Assembly (NCBI GenBank): GCA_951406725.2
Contig: OX597827.1
Span: forward strand, 25,296,001 to 25,360,000
DNA from: Octopus vulgaris
Taxonomy: Eukaryota
Reading direction: 5' to 3'
Length of the DNA stretch: 64,000 bases
A program made the translations under genes and the position numbers. Position 1 is the first letter of the stretch. The number at the start of each line of letters is the position of its first letter. The notes under the pieces are model-generated. The model worked only from the letters and a program-made list of their open reading frames with translations, made no database searches and had not been told where the DNA came from. Positions 1 through 14,128 of the stretch are shown here, piece by piece.

Positions 1-75
1 TCTTCTTCTTCTTCTTCTTCTTCTTCTTCTTCTTCTTCTTCTTCTTCTTCTTCTTCTTCTTCTTCTTCTTCTTCT
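1..75. repeat. (TCT)n microsatellite
   Basis: Pure TCT repeat running off the window start. Confidence 0.98.
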
Positions 76-329
76 CCTACCAAAATCACTACCACCACCA
101 CCACCACCTTAAACTTTGGGTAAGGTTTATCATTGACTTCGTCACACGAACCAAACAACAGGATTGTGTCTCCGCTAGCGTTCTTTGTGAAACACATTCA
201 CAGGGATACCCTATTATTCCATGCAGGAGTGAATATTTTGTACACATTCTGACATACTTATGCAAGTTGGTGACGAAACTGAACGTTCTGGATGTGCCAC
301 CAGAGTCACACATCTGGAGGGTGAAGACA

Positions 330-3090
330 TGCAATATTCTAGAACAGACCTTTTCTCTTCTGGAAAGTAAAATTTACTTGGAATTTATTTAAAAAACCTC
401 ATTGGAGTTGAATTAGAAAGCATGAACAAAATTTCGGATCTTATACAGAAAAGATAGCAACTTCAAGGGTTAGGAACTATGCATTCTGCAACACCAACCA
501 CTAGAAGTCTCTCTGATTTCCGTCCATGCACCTCTCGACTCCACATCAAAATAGTATCACCAACAACAGCAAATAAAATCAGTAACAGCGGCAGAGGAAG
601 TGGAACGAACAACCTTAATAACGACAGCAATAGCAGGAGGAAAATTGAGACAATTGCTATATATGCAGCTAGATCAATAGCACGGCCGATAACAGCAACA
701 AGTTTCCTTAAAACAACAATAGATATCGCTACCAAACCCTTCCTAAAAGAAAACTTACCTCCAATGTCCTCCTTTCTCTCTACAAAACGAAAATACAAGA
801 GCGCACATAGTAGTAGAAACACTTCCGCTTTCAGCTACAACAGATTTCATTGAACCCTAAGTCTCACGTTGTAACGACTTCCATGCGAGAATTCAGCTTA
901 GTGATGTCAGAGATAGAAGGAAAAGAAATGTGAGGAGAGAAACACAGCCCGCGAAAGGCGAAATCAGGTATATTCCGAGTCTCGTCTCATTCTCAAAGTT
1001 TATAACCCACACACACCATTACAACAATTTGAGCAACGACAAAAACGGTTTCAACGAAATTTACAAGAGGAAGCACATCTACATTTTCAAAAGAAGGAAT
1101 AAATCAATTAGAAGACCAACACCAACAACTGTAAAACATATAAGACGAACCTTGCTTTATTGATGTTCAAAGAGCAGCATGGAATTGATAGCGGAAGTTA
1201 TAAACAGCAAACTATATCTACTAATGGCTTTTAAAATCTCATCAAAACTTCCAAAGCCAGACTATTTATCCAGACGTCCAAACATAAAACTGGTTAAAAG
1301 AAAACTATCGCTTTCATGTTTTGCTTCTTTAAAAAGAAGTTTTACAAAACTCTTTAAGGAAAGCTATTGAATTCTCCTTTCTCAACCAAAGAGAAAGCCA
1401 AATGAAATTCTTGAGCGAATACTCTCGTGCCAATTTTCTATGTCTATGAGTTCTACTAATTTTGTATATCTGCTGAGGTCACGAGGTGGGTTGACAATGT
1501 TCTTCTGGAAATAATTAAACTTGAAAATACGGGAAATCATCTTGGAACCAGATGCCACTGGATGTTAACGGCAACGAAAGGAATACATGCAGACGATCGG
1601 CCGCTTATGCCCTGACAGGATCAGGATTATCTAATTCCTTCAGACATCTAGAGGCTTCCTTGGGCATGTTTCGATTTTAAGTGCTGGTGTAAGCTGGGCT
1701 TACATTTTCGATGCAGGGTAAGGTTGTGTACGGCTGGATTATAGGAAAATTGCATGCAAAAGCCTAGAAAATCCTGCTCGAACATTTTAGAGCTGTTTCA
1801 TAGGCACCAACCGAATTTCCCGGTTGTATTAATGTGGACATGGGCCAGATATATCGGGTCATCCTGATCGTATGTAGGTAGAATTACTTTTTATGTTAGC
1901 CGAATAGAAATAATGCAGCATACCTATATCTCAAAACGTTTGGCAACGCAGACCATCCATTTGTGATAGGCAGGGTCGATTAGATAGGATTCATAGACAA
2001 GGATCCGAAAGTTTCATCACTGGAAGTTGAAGAGAAGTCAGAAATCTAGAAGCACCATGATTCTCAGTTCCGAGGTGCAAGCGGTTTTCCTTAAACATTT
2101 TGTTCGACTTTTCAAGCGAATAATAGGTCGGAGATAATAGTGCCTTCTTCGGTGGTGAAGACTTTCGGTTGAAAACGTGACTTGTCGCTTAAAGCTTATA
2201 ACAGCAGCTGAAATAAAGATGGTATTGATTCGTTACACAATTCGCAAATAGTTCGGTTTGGATGTTCTGCACTTCGAATTTTATGAATATATGCTATGCG
2301 TGTTTAGTGACCTCCTGCCAGAGGTCTATCACAACTGAAAGCAGAAAGGGAGAATTACCTGTGCCTTCAGTAGCGTTGCTGCTACGTGGGGGCAACGACT
2401 ATGGTATGTCGTAGATACCTTTCGGCCCATCACTCTACTGAGCACAGAATCATAATGTAAGATTTTGGACAAGGAGTTTTCCACAGATGTTTACACTTTT
2501 TGTCAGTGGACTGGTCGTTTAAGACACTAAAGTGCACGATTTCAAACAGATTCATCTACAATAATCTTCACCTCGTGCGTTACAACACGGGTATGGTTGA
2601 AAATAAAACTAACTTTAATAGGGACATAATCAATTTGTATCAGCCTGAAGTTTTCGTGAAGATCAACATTGCTACAGGGAAGCCGTTATGAGCGCAGTTG
2701 GGTTCGAACCCGTTTTCAGAGTTGGGATCACAGCGATGTACTGCAGTATCGGATTGGTGTTCAAACTAAACTGCTACTCCTTGTAACTGTAATCCCAATA
2801 CACTCTCGATCACTCAACTCCCCCCACCCCTGTATGTACTGCCTCTCAGGTCACACCTGCGAATATTATAACTGTTAAGAGGCATCCTTTTCGAATTGGC
2901 ACCTAAGTGTCGAAGACCACCAAACTTGGAGCACGATTTTAAAGGAACATTAGCGGATGGTATAGGCTAAAGTCAATCTGGTGAGGTCAGCGTCTTTGCA
3001 GCTCGGCACCAAGGAAGACAACTCTATGCCAGCGGACAGCATCGTTGGGTGCTGGATCGATGGACGGTTAACCAGTTCGGTGTCTGGAGA
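330..3090 (+). mobile_element. Highly decayed Tx1-clade LINE (ORF2 APE/RT remnants from ~1380; possible ORF1 remnant upstream)
   Basis: Collinear nucleotide matches to the 52-58 kb element: aaacttgaaaatacgggaaatcatcttggaacc ~ gacctgaaaataaggacagtcttcttggatcc; tttcggcccatcactctactg ~ ttccggcccatcactctgctc (FRPITLL); ttgcagctcggcacc...atcgttgggtgctggatcgatggac ~ ttgcaactgggcacc...gtcgtagggcgctggacagacggac. The ORF1 part is weaker. Confidence 0.8.
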
Positions 3091-4384
3091 AATGACAGAG
3101 TGCTTTATTTATTAGCACAACGTACCACCCGGTTCTTGAAGTGAGCCGAAATCGAATGCCTCGCTACTTAACCACTATACTACGCAACTACACCTTTTGA
3201 GCTTGGCAGGGTCAATGCATGTTCTTTTTCTTTTTCTTTGTCTCTCCGTGACTGGTAAGATTAAAACGCCTGATGTTCAGACAATTCAACGAAATAAATG
3301 CTTTACAATATCCATAACTGCCCCTGTCTCAAATTTACTTGATACGTTCTGTTGCCTTTCTCCCAAGGACATTATGTTAACTACAGGAAGGGCTTCAGTA
3401 GATAACTGAAGTCTTAACAGTGTCAGTAAATAGGTGAAGTCTTAACAAAAACTATCCACAACAGATTATTATTCTATATTAGATTATTAGATTCTATAAA
3501 GGAGCAGAACAAATACTCGTCATACAGAACCTCGAGGTTCATCCACATGATTAACAGTCTAGCTTAGTTTTATTTTATTTATTTTTCTTTTCATATCGAA
3601 TATAATTCTTCTAGGATTATTATAGGAATTCCGTTGTTCTATAAAAAATCAAAGAGCGGAAACAAATGTCCTGATCTCTTATAACAGAATAACGGGACAA
3701 GAATCGAAGAGAACTGTGACATTTTAACAAAAGGTTAAATATATGTGGGTTGTGTGTTTGGCCTACACATAACAGTCTCTCTGTTTCTCTCTTTCCCTTT
3801 ATCTCCCTCAATCTCTCTCTCTCTCTCTCCTCATTATCTCCCTCTTCTCTCTATTACACACACCCACACAAATCTACATTAGATTCAATCTATTAACCCT
3901 GATGTTTTCTCACGAAATACGATACGTGCGCTGCCGTGTACACTTGTTAGGCTGCCTCAATAACGTCACGAGCGCCTCGTTAATCTGTCTCCAGTTCAAG
4001 GGAAATTACTTGTAAATAGCTAACCATACATTAATGAGTTGTTTTTACTAATAACGCCCCAGGATCCTGTAATTATTGTTTCATTTCTTATTACAAAAAT
4101 GATGTCTTGCCATAAACTGTATATTTCTCTTTTTCTTTTTCATACAATAATGTTCCACTCTAAACGAACTGAAATTGGTGTTATAATTATTTTATCGTCT
4201 GTGCATCACAAACTTTATTCATTCAATAACAATATCTCATTGAAATAGAGACATTGGCTTGAAATTCGGTTTCGAAATTTCTAAAACATATTTTCAAATC
4301 ATTGCTCTTGTTATTTTCTTCTTATAAATGAATAAAGCGATATTTAAAGAATAAACGGGATATTAAAAGAGAGAAAAAAAACAA

Positions 4385-4417
<33 letters not shown>

Positions 4418-6819
4418 AAACGAATGATTATATTTTTGTCTGACAATTTGACACTTATTTATTCACAAACTTTCTTCGCCACTTATCTCTTATTCTAATT
4501 TATTTCTAATTTCGCAAAATAAATGAATGAATGAATAAATAAATAAATAAAATGAAATAAAATTAAAGAAAGGGAGCCCCTAGAAATATCATATCCTTTT
4601 GCAAAAACGAGATCTACTCCATCTTTATGACTTCAGGGCATAGTTTGTCTTCATTCCATTTCCATTCATCCCATTTACAATCCTCCTCCGCCTCACTCCT
4701 CATCTTCTCTGTCCCTGTGTTCTCTATCGATTTTCCTTGTCGCAGTTTCCAACAATCGCACTTTACTTATGTACAAATAGGGCAAATAAACACTCAAAGA
4801 AACTCTAAAACTGGGTTCAATGGAATTGGTTTTTTAACAAAGAATAAAAAATCCTCAGCGAGAGTGTTGCAGTACGCGCACGCGCGCACATAGAAATAAA
4901 TAAATATATATATATATGCGTACGTACATACACACACACGTACACACACTCACACACATACACACTCACACACACATGTGTACATACATACGTGAATAAT
5001 TACACACACACGTACACAGACCCTATCTCTCTCACACACACATGCTACCATAGACAGACAGCGATTCCTAAATGTTGTGTCAATGTATGAGGAGAATAAT
5101 CTAGTTTGGGTAACTGCAGAACTGGTTTTATGTGAAATGCGGAGCACATCTCGTTTATTGGTTTAGATATACTCAAGACTATCTATGAGAAAGCAGTGTT
5201 TTATTGGAAAGAGATTTGGCTGCTATATTTATCAGAATTTTATACCATGCAAAAACTTATTGTTGATTGGAAGTATTGAGTGAATGGCCTGATATTTCTA
5301 TAGTTGTCACATCTCTGTCGTTGATCCAAGCATACCCAAGTAAATTTATTTGATGTAAGGGAGTAGTGAGGTGTCAATTAAATATAACACAGAGGCCTAC
5401 GCCATTGGCTCTGAGTCCTAGAAATATACACGGACACACACACATACAAACACATGCACATACACACACACATACACGCACAAACGTAATGTATATATAT
5501 ATAATACATTAAAAAGTCAGCTTGAATCTTGCTTGTTTGCTTACTTGCTTGCAATGTTACCCAGCCAAACTGGTGCATAATGGGAAAATACAATGAATTA
5601 AGTTGCTCCTGAAAACTTAACACGAACAAAATAAAACAAGTTTCGCGTATATCGGGCAATTTTTTTTTTGAGAGATTAGGGGGCTTCCGGGTATAAATAC
5701 CCAAAATGGTGCACAATGGAAAAATATTCTGAAAAAAACTTAATCCTGAAAGGGAGGAAACCCTTACCTTTCGATTAGACACAGTGACTTGACAACGAAA
5801 AAGTGCAATTTGTTCTTTTACAGTAAATGTTTCTATTTTCGCTTTTGTTAAACACAATATCTTTATCATTTAGAAATATTTTTAAGTTAATGTGATTTAA
5901 AAAATATAAGTTGTTTGCACAGTAAGCATTTATATTTTAGTTTTCTTTAAACGGACAATATTTTAATGTCTTTTTAAATTATTTTCAAGTGAATGCCATT
6001 ACATTTGGTATATTTAAACAATATTCTAAACTGAAAATGACTTTAAAATTACGGTAAATATTTCGTAAAAGACCGTTCGTAACCTCGGTGTAAAATAAAT
6101 TTTTCCATAGGTGGACCTTACAAGGTTCAGGCAAAATGCTCTTCAAACTGATGTCACTCAGTTACCTTTGTGCAATGAGGCCGTTGTATCTTTGACTGAC
6201 TGAGTATACCGCAATCACCCTAAGGGTCCAACTGGTAGACCTCTGGCAGTGGTTCTCTTTGGCACTTAAGAGGTCTAGGTCAGGCATGGGCAACCTTCTT
6301 CAAGAACTGGGCAGCATGACACATGGTTTACCATTGTGGGTTGCCATACCAAATTACTTCAAGCTAAGTTTTCAGTAGGTGTGCCATTCATGGGTGACTT
6401 GCTGCCCGCAGGCGACACATGTTTGCTCTTGGCCTTCAGGCTTCGCTTCTATTATGCCTCACCACTTATTTTTGTCACTATGTCGTCACTTCTGGAATAG
6501 CTGCCATCACTTCCGCTGAATTATCGACGGAACATCATCTTGCGTCATTATTTCATTCTGAGTCCTTGTCCTGATGTCCCTTTGATTGAAGTGCTTATTT
6601 TCCCTTATCTCGGACACCCTTTGTGGTAGCTTTCTTTTCAAGGTTTTGCATCATCCTTTGAGTCTTATTTATAAAATATGTGGTTAGAGTTGCAAACTCT
6701 GCGCCTCATCTGTTATCCTCTCCTACCCAGCAGTTATCCTCTTTTTCATGGTCGTCATTCAGTTTGTCACGTGTGTCACATGTGTCACCAGAGTATTTCA
6801 TTCCTGCATACTTTTAATA

Positions 6820-6984
6820 TTTTATTTGTCTCAGACATTTCATTACAGCTATGTTGGGCATCACCTTCGTGGAGTCCTAGTCGAATAAATCGACCCCAGT
6901 TCTTATCCTATCGAGCTCTTTTGCCGAACCATTAAATTACGGGGATGTGAACAGAGCTACACCAATCGTCAAGTGGTGTTGAGA

Positions 6985-7047
<63 letters not shown>

Positions 7048-7195
7048 CATGCTTCTTTCAGTTTCCGTCTACCAAATCCACTCATAAGGCTTTGGTCAGC
7101 CCAAAGCTATAGTAGGATACGTTTACTCAAGGTTCCACTTAGTGGGACTGATCCCGGAAACATGTGGTTGGGAAGCAAGCTTCTTACCACACATT
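6820..7195 (-). mobile_element. tRNA-derived SINE family B with internal (CA)n
   Basis: Matches the copies at 34277-34694, 45628-46026 and 61348-61757. Confidence 0.85.
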
Positions 7196-7456
7196 AAACA
7201 AATTCAGGTATTACAAATGTAATACCTGATCATAGTGGTTAAGTATTCCGAGTGTTACAACGTACATTTTCATAGAGATAGCCTGCCCTAAGATGATTAA
7301 GTCAAGGCCACGGAATCACTTGCCTGAGGTGCCACGTAAGGAGACTGAACCCACAAACATGATGGTGGGAGGCCACATATTTCACGCCTGCGACTACGTA
7401 CATACATTTACACACTCACATACACATACGTACACACACACACACATACACACACA

Positions 7457-7488
<32 letters not shown>

Positions 7489-7565
7489 TCTATAACCTAT
7501 GCATTTACAAATGAAGTTTTGGAGAATTACAACAATAAATTTTATTTCTGATTCAAGATTTATAT

Positions 7566-7963
7566 TCTTTTCTACTTTAAGCACAAGGCTCGAAATTTTT
7601 GGGGAGAGTGCCAGTCGATTAGGTCGACCCCAGTACACAAGTGGTACTTCATTTATCGACCCCGAAAGGATAAAAGGCAAAGTCAACCTCGGCGGAATTT
7701 GAACTCAGAACGTAAACACAGACGAAATACCTATTTCTTTACTACCCACAAGGGGCTAAAAACAGAGAGGACAAACAAGGACATACAAACGGATTAAGTC
7801 GATTATATCGACCCCAGTGCGTAACTGGTACTTATTTAATCGACCCCGAAAGGATAAAAGGCAAAGTCGACCTCGGCGGAATTTGAACTCAGAACGTAGC
7901 GGCAGACCAAATACTGCTCAGCATTTCGCCCGGCGTGTTAACGTTTCTGCCAGCTCGCCGCCT
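7566..7963 (-). mobile_element. tRNA-derived SINE family A, tandem/dimeric copy
   Basis: Reverse complement of the head ggcggcgagctggcagaaacgttaac...gagttcaaattccgccgaggtcgactttgcctttt, body present twice with two different tails. Confidence 0.9.
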
Positions 7964-8612
7964 GATTCAAGTCTTAAATTGGCTGAGGACTAACAAATTG
8001 TTAAAGTTTGTCTAGTTTAAAGCTGTTAGTGAAAATTTGGTCGCCGTAGAGTGAGAGAAAATATGAGAGAGATGCCAGGATAAAGTGATGAGCTTACAGG
8101 TTCTCGACGTGGCCTGGGCGTGGATAGGGAAGATGAAGGAGACAAAAAAGAAGAGTCAGGAAGAAATATTTAGTGAGGAGGTTTGGGCAAGGCGTATCAG
8201 AAGACGGCAATTTAATTGGCAATCGCAAGAGAGTGGTGTTGCCATATTATCGTGTAGTCTTGATGACAGCAGTCGTATTGCTATGGGGAGAGATATGGCA
8301 GCGGTGAAGGTGGGAGGAGAATCGAGAGAGATAGAGGGAGGCAGAGAGTAGGGAAAGAGAAAAGAAGAGTATGTGCGTGTGATCGGCGGTGGTGTGAGGG
8401 TGGAGTACAACGTCTTGTTCATGTGTGATGGGTGTGGTTTGCGTGTGGGGGTGTGTATGTATAGAATGGTAATGAAGGAGAATGGAACAGGCATTGTGAT
8501 GACTGGGGGTGGGGGCGGTCAGGTGGTGGTGGACAATGAGGATTTGGATGGTGATGGTTATGGTGATGATGTCGATGATGAGAGGAAGGAAGAAGTATAT
8601 TGATAGTAGTGG

Positions 8613-8638
8613 TATTATTATTATTGTTGTTGTTGTTA

Positions 8639-8693
<55 letters not shown>

Positions 8694-8845
8694 CGTTGTT
8701 AAATTTTGAGCATGATACAGCTTGTTACTGCTATTGAAGATGGTGGTTCTGCTGGCGGTAATAATGAGTTGATGATGATGATGATGATGACGATGATGAT
8801 GATGATGATGATGTTGATGATGATGATGGTGGTGGTGATGACGAT
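8613..8845. repeat. (ATT)n/(GTT)n and (GAT)n microsatellites
   Basis: Direct inspection. Confidence 0.9.
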
Positions 8846-9614
8846 GTGCTCCCCTGTTGACAGCGATGACAACAATGCTGCAGAAGACGCAGCTGGCATG
8901 AAAACGTGAAAGACGTCTGCAAGTCCCATGGTGGTCTTTGCGTGCGCGTCAGTGTTTAATGTATGTATACCTTGTATACGTTTATATTTCGGTGTGTATG
9001 TGTATTCCCATAGATATGTGTATGTGTGTATGTAACACATTGCTGACATAACAATGAGATATGGTGTGATCAAAATGAAGAATTTTCTTCAAGTTGGCAT
9101 CGGTCAAAATGATCCTGCTGTGAATTATGGGATTGATAGCTTTCGCCACCCCCTTGTTGCCCCTTACCTTTTCGCCCCCTTCCATTTCTCCCCCTTTTTG
9201 GCAGACATTTGATACTTGTAAACGGTAGAGAGACCATAATTGTTGTTGTTGTTGTTGTGGCTCTGGTATTTATTTTTCTTGTAATATATTTTATTGATGT
9301 GTCTGAGGGTTCGGTTACTTTTGTTTAGTGCTGTTGTTTAGCCTCAGGCCATTGCTGATTCGATTCACCTATTCGTCAAAGATATTCCACTCGTGACCTT
9401 CCCATTTATTCGTGTTTTAGAGGTTTCTTTCAAAGACATCACATTTAGAACCACATTAAACCATGTTTCGTTAACATCTCCGCCAACTTGCATTGATTTT
9501 AAACGATAGAATGTAAAACGAGGGAGATCTAACTGCTATTTCGTGCCAATACAGCAACTACCTCAGGGTTCCTCGTTGACTCGTTGTTCTTGTTAATCTC
9601 GTTATCATTATTGG

Positions 9615-9822
9615 TTTCAAATTTTGGCACAAGGCCAGCAATTTCGAGGGAGGGTAATTGGCTTTCATCAGCCTCACTGTCCCAACGGTACTGATTTTAT
9701 CGACCCCAAAAGGATGGAAGGTAAAGTCGACTTCGTTAAAATTTGAACTCAGAAACGTAGAGCCGAATGAAATGCCGCTAAGCATTTTTCCCGGTGCGGT
9801 AACGATTCTGCCAGCTCGTCGC
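9615..9822 (-). mobile_element. SINE family A (diverged)
   Basis: tttatcgaccccaaaaggatggaaggtaaagtcgac...acgattctgccagctcgtcgc. Confidence 0.85.
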
Positions 9823-9884
9823 TTTACTTTGGTTATCATAGCTGTTGTTTTTGCTGTTGTTTTTGTTGTTGGTGTTTTAATCTA

Positions 9885-10285
9885 TTTGTTTCAGGCGTTA
9901 GCCTGCGGCCATGCTGGGGCATCACCTTGAAGAAATTTTAGCCGAATGAATCGAGTCCTGTTGTTATTTTTTAAGCCTACTACTTATTCTAACGGTCGCT
10001 TTTTGCGAACCGTTAAACTACGAGGACGTAAACAAAACAAAACCGGTTTTCATGCAGTGGGTATGATAAACAGACACACACATACAGACACATACACACA
10101 CACGAGCGCACGCGCGCACTCACATATACACACACACACTCACATACATATACGACGGGCTTTTTTCAGTTTTCGTCTCCCAAATCCACTCATAAGGCTT
10201 AGGTCGGCCCCAGGTCGGCCCCTTAGGTCGGCCTCAAGGTTCCACGTGTTGAGACTGAACCAGGAAACATGTAGTTGGGAAGCAA
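9885..10285 (-). mobile_element. SINE family B with internal (CA)n
   Basis: ctgcggccatgctggggcatcacc...tttcagttttcgtctcccaaatccactcataaggc. Confidence 0.85.
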
Positions 10286-10803
10286 CACTGTGTTGCCGAT
10301 GATTTTGTTGTTAATATTGTTATTGTTTTTCTTCTTGCGCTGGTGGATTCGTTGTTGGTGCGTTTGTTGTTGTTGTAGTTATTGGTGCTCTTTTGTTGTT
10401 TTGTTTTCGTTGTTATTGATGTTTTTTTTGTTACTCTCCATCCCAAAGTTCGATTTGAACTGACAAACCCATGATCAGAGGCGCTTTGCCTGCGATCCCA
10501 GCCCCACCTTTCTTTCAGACATAGTGTACTTAGGAATACATTAACCAAAGTGTCCTTAGATGATTTTTAAAGATTAGGGTATGACATGAAAGGGATTTGG
10601 CTGCTATTTCTAGCTTCGACACAAATCGTGGATTCATGGTTAGCATTCTTCAGAGTTGCCAGTGAAATTTCTTAGAAAGCGGTGCGAGATTTTCAAAATG
10701 TAGTGGATTGTCCTAGAAATAACCTAATACAAACACATACACACACAATGTGCGCATACGCACACAAAAACATATATAGATACAGAGATTGAGAGAGAGA
10801 GAG

Positions 10804-10846
<43 letters not shown>

Positions 10847-11752
10847 ATATATGCGTATGTACTAATATTTACGCGGTGTGGTTTATTGATCATGATGTCC
10901 AATTGATGTCTAGAAGTTCCAAGTGTTCGATTACATTTAGAAAGATACAAATGTGAGAAGTAAATGTGTTTATAGTCCATGTTTATTACAGCAAGTTCTA
11001 ATGAAAAATACCCGAACCGTAGTAGTCGACCATCTTCTCGTCTAGCAACACTGATACAGTTATAAACTGTCGGTGAAATTGTTGTATTCATCGTTACAGC
11101 TATTGCTGTTATTGTAGAACCCCTTGTCAACCAGGAACAAGCAAAGGCCTTGCATTAATGATTACCCTGTTCTTCTCTCAGGAATTGTGTATCTAGGCCT
11201 GCATTAGCCAATTTGGCCAGTCTTTATCGATGAAGGGTTACGTTATTCTGAAAATGTCTTGTTTTAAACTTGCATATATTACGTTACAGATTAAATTTAT
11301 TTTGCTGTTATTCGTGGTACCTTTTAAGCTACAGAAATATCAACGAAACCTGAAACTAACAAAAGAGCAAAATACAGTAAGTAAATTGTAAAAAAATATG
11401 TGTCAGCTGTGAAGAAACTATCAAATTGTGTCTGTTATCCTGTCTTAGCCAAAACAGAATCTAATAAAAACAGTCTTTGAAGATTCGTATATAGGAAGCT
11501 ATGTCGAAATTACCACAAGAGAGAAAAAAGCTGTATGTTGTTAGCAATGCTAACTTAGAATACACCATAAAACATTTGAGCGAATGTCAAATTTACTGTA
11601 ATCAGGGATATGTTGGTTTGCCCAGACGAGAAGATTAAGGGGATCACAAAGGCATTAGTGTCAAACACCATCAGGTTACGGAATATCTACTCGACTATAT
11701 ATCAATTGCAGCACAGACAAAAACTAGTGTTTATAAAATATATGAAGAAAGC

Positions 11753-11754
<2 letters not shown>

Positions 11755-11817
<63 letters not shown>

Positions 11818-11844
11818 TTATATACATACATGCATACATATACA

Positions 11845-11892
<48 letters not shown>

Positions 11893-11900
11893 CACACACG

Positions 11901-11933
<33 letters not shown>

Positions 11934-11941
11934 GTATAATA

Positions 11942-12001
<60 letters not shown>

Positions 12002-12088
12002 CATATATATATATATATAGATAAATAGATAGATATAGAGAGATTGAGAGATTCAGAAAGAGAGATAGATGTAGTTATGCATGTTTTT

Positions 12089-12122
<34 letters not shown>

Positions 12123-12150
12123 TGTATGTATGTATGTATGTATGTATGTA
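11755..12150. repeat. Compound (TA)n/(TACA)n/(TATG)n microsatellite
   Basis: Direct inspection. Confidence 0.95.
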
Positions 12151-12483
12151 GGCATGTATGTGCGTGTGCGTGTTTGTATGCGTATGTAAATAGAGATAAG
12201 TGTATTTGCGTAAGATTACGAAAAGTGGAGGAATCCAAATGGTAATGCGTGACAACTTAATTTTCATTTTTGGGGAAATGAAAAAAAGTAACACGAATAA
12301 ATAAGGAAAGACCCAAGATTAAACATCTACACCGAATACAAAAAAATGATATTCCGAGGGCCGGGGTCATATATCAATAACTAAAAATTTGAAAACTTAT
12401 TTACATAAAGGCACATGGATTGCCATTTGATTATGCAATGAAAGGAGACAATAGGAAAACCGTTGGAATATTCATAGCAGCAG

Positions 12484-12898
12484 GCCGGCGAGCTGGCAGA
12501 AACGTTAGCACGCCGGGAGAAATGCTTAGCAGTATTTTGTCTGCAGTTGCGTTCTGAGTTCAAATTCCGCCGAGGTCGACTTTGCCTTTCATCCTTTCGG
12601 GGTCCATTAAATAAGTATCAGTTACGCACTGGGGTCGATGTTATCGACTTAATCCCTTTGTTTGTCCTTGTTTGTCCTCTCTGTGTTTAGCCCCTTGTAG
12701 ATAGAAAAGAAATAGGTATTTCGTCTGCCGCTAGGTTATGAGTCCAAATTCCGCTGAGGTCGACTTTGCCTTTCATCCTTTCGGGGTCGATAAATTAAAT
12801 ACTAGTTACGCACTGGGGTCGATGTTATCGACTTAATCCGTTTGTCTGTCCTTGTTTGTCCCTTCTATGTTTAGCCTCCTGTGGGCAATGAAGAAATT
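12484..12898 (+). mobile_element. SINE family A, dimeric copy with Tx1-like tails
   Basis: tRNA-like head with B-box-like gagttcaaattcc; body gcctttcatcctttcggggtc twice; tails tgtttagccccttgtag and ttagcctcctgtgggcaatgaagaaatt. Confidence 0.9.
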
Positions 12899-13102
12899 AA
12901 ATATTCATAGCACCACCATCAGCAACTACTATTACTATTACAGATAATGACACAATTTCAGTTATTTTGGGCGTAGGGGATTACTGGTACTTATCAAATG
13001 GTACTTATCTTATCGACCCGAAAGTATGAAAGGCAAAGTCGATCTCGGCAGAATTTGAACTTAGAAACGGATGAAATGCCGCTAACAATGTTTGATAGTT
13101 CA

Positions 13103-13318
13103 AGGCGGTGAGCTGGCAGAAACGTTAGCACGCCGGGCGAAATGCTTTGCAATATTCCGTCTGTCTTTATGCTCTGAGTTCAAATTCCACCGAGGTCGAC
13201 TTTGCCTTTCATCCTTTCGGGGTCGATAAATTAAGTACCGGTTGTGTACTGGGGTCGATCTAATCGACTGGCCTCCTCCCCCAAAATTTCTGGCCTTGTG
13301 CCTAGAGTAGAAAGGAAT
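13103..13318 (+). mobile_element. SINE family A, alternative tail
   Basis: Full head and body, ending aaatttctggccttgtgcctagagtagaaaggaat. Confidence 0.9.
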
Positions 13319-13541
13319 AGTGTTTGATAGTTCTTTCTAAATTTGGCACAAATCGAGCCCTTTTAAAGGGAGGGAGCTAATATTTGAACGGTACTTTACT
13401 TTATTGACCCCAGAAGGGTGAAAGGCAAATTTGATAGCCAAACTCCAACCTAAAACGTAAAGAGATCTTGGAAATGAATGCGTGGCGTTCAATCATAAAA
13501 TATATATAAATATGTATATGCAAGTATACATAATACATACA

Positions 13542-13587
<46 letters not shown>

Positions 13588-13702
13588 TATACATATATGT
13601 ATGCATCTATCTATCTATCTATCTGTCTGTTTATCTACCTACCTACCTACCTACCTACCTACCTACCTACCTACCTACCTACCTACCAGTCTACCTGTCT
13701 TC

Positions 13703-13746
<44 letters not shown>

Positions 13747-14005
13747 TTAATATATATCCAAATTGAGGGACCGGAACGAGTAAAATACTGGCTACATATG
13801 TATCTTCGCAAGCTGATCTTTTAATGTAATAGCTACCGATCGTACTATCCACTTTTTGTTCTCTATACCTGCCACTAACTGCTTCAAGCTAACAAACATC
13901 CTACACTTGGATCCCTGAATCTTAGTCGTGTACATATGTGACCGCATGTGTACCGTTGGCGATTTTTTTTCCCCTGTCTTCCCTTCTCTGGATCTTTCCT
14001 TCTAT

Positions 14006-14040
14006 GTTTCCGACGAAGAGCTCCGATCGGAACGTTAGAC
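14006..14040 (+). ncRNA. Degenerate type I hammerhead motif in a TA-flanked Penelope-like fragment
   Basis: gttt-CCGACGA-a-gagc tcc gatc-GGAA-cg-tt-agac: hammerhead layout with substitutions in both conserved core strands. Confidence 0.4.
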
Positions 14041-14128
14041 CCCCCTTCTTTCCTTAGCGTCCAATAATACTATATTTGTTCCACGTCCTCGTGTTGTTGT
14101 GTGTTTTTTGTGCGTTCTTGTTTTGATC

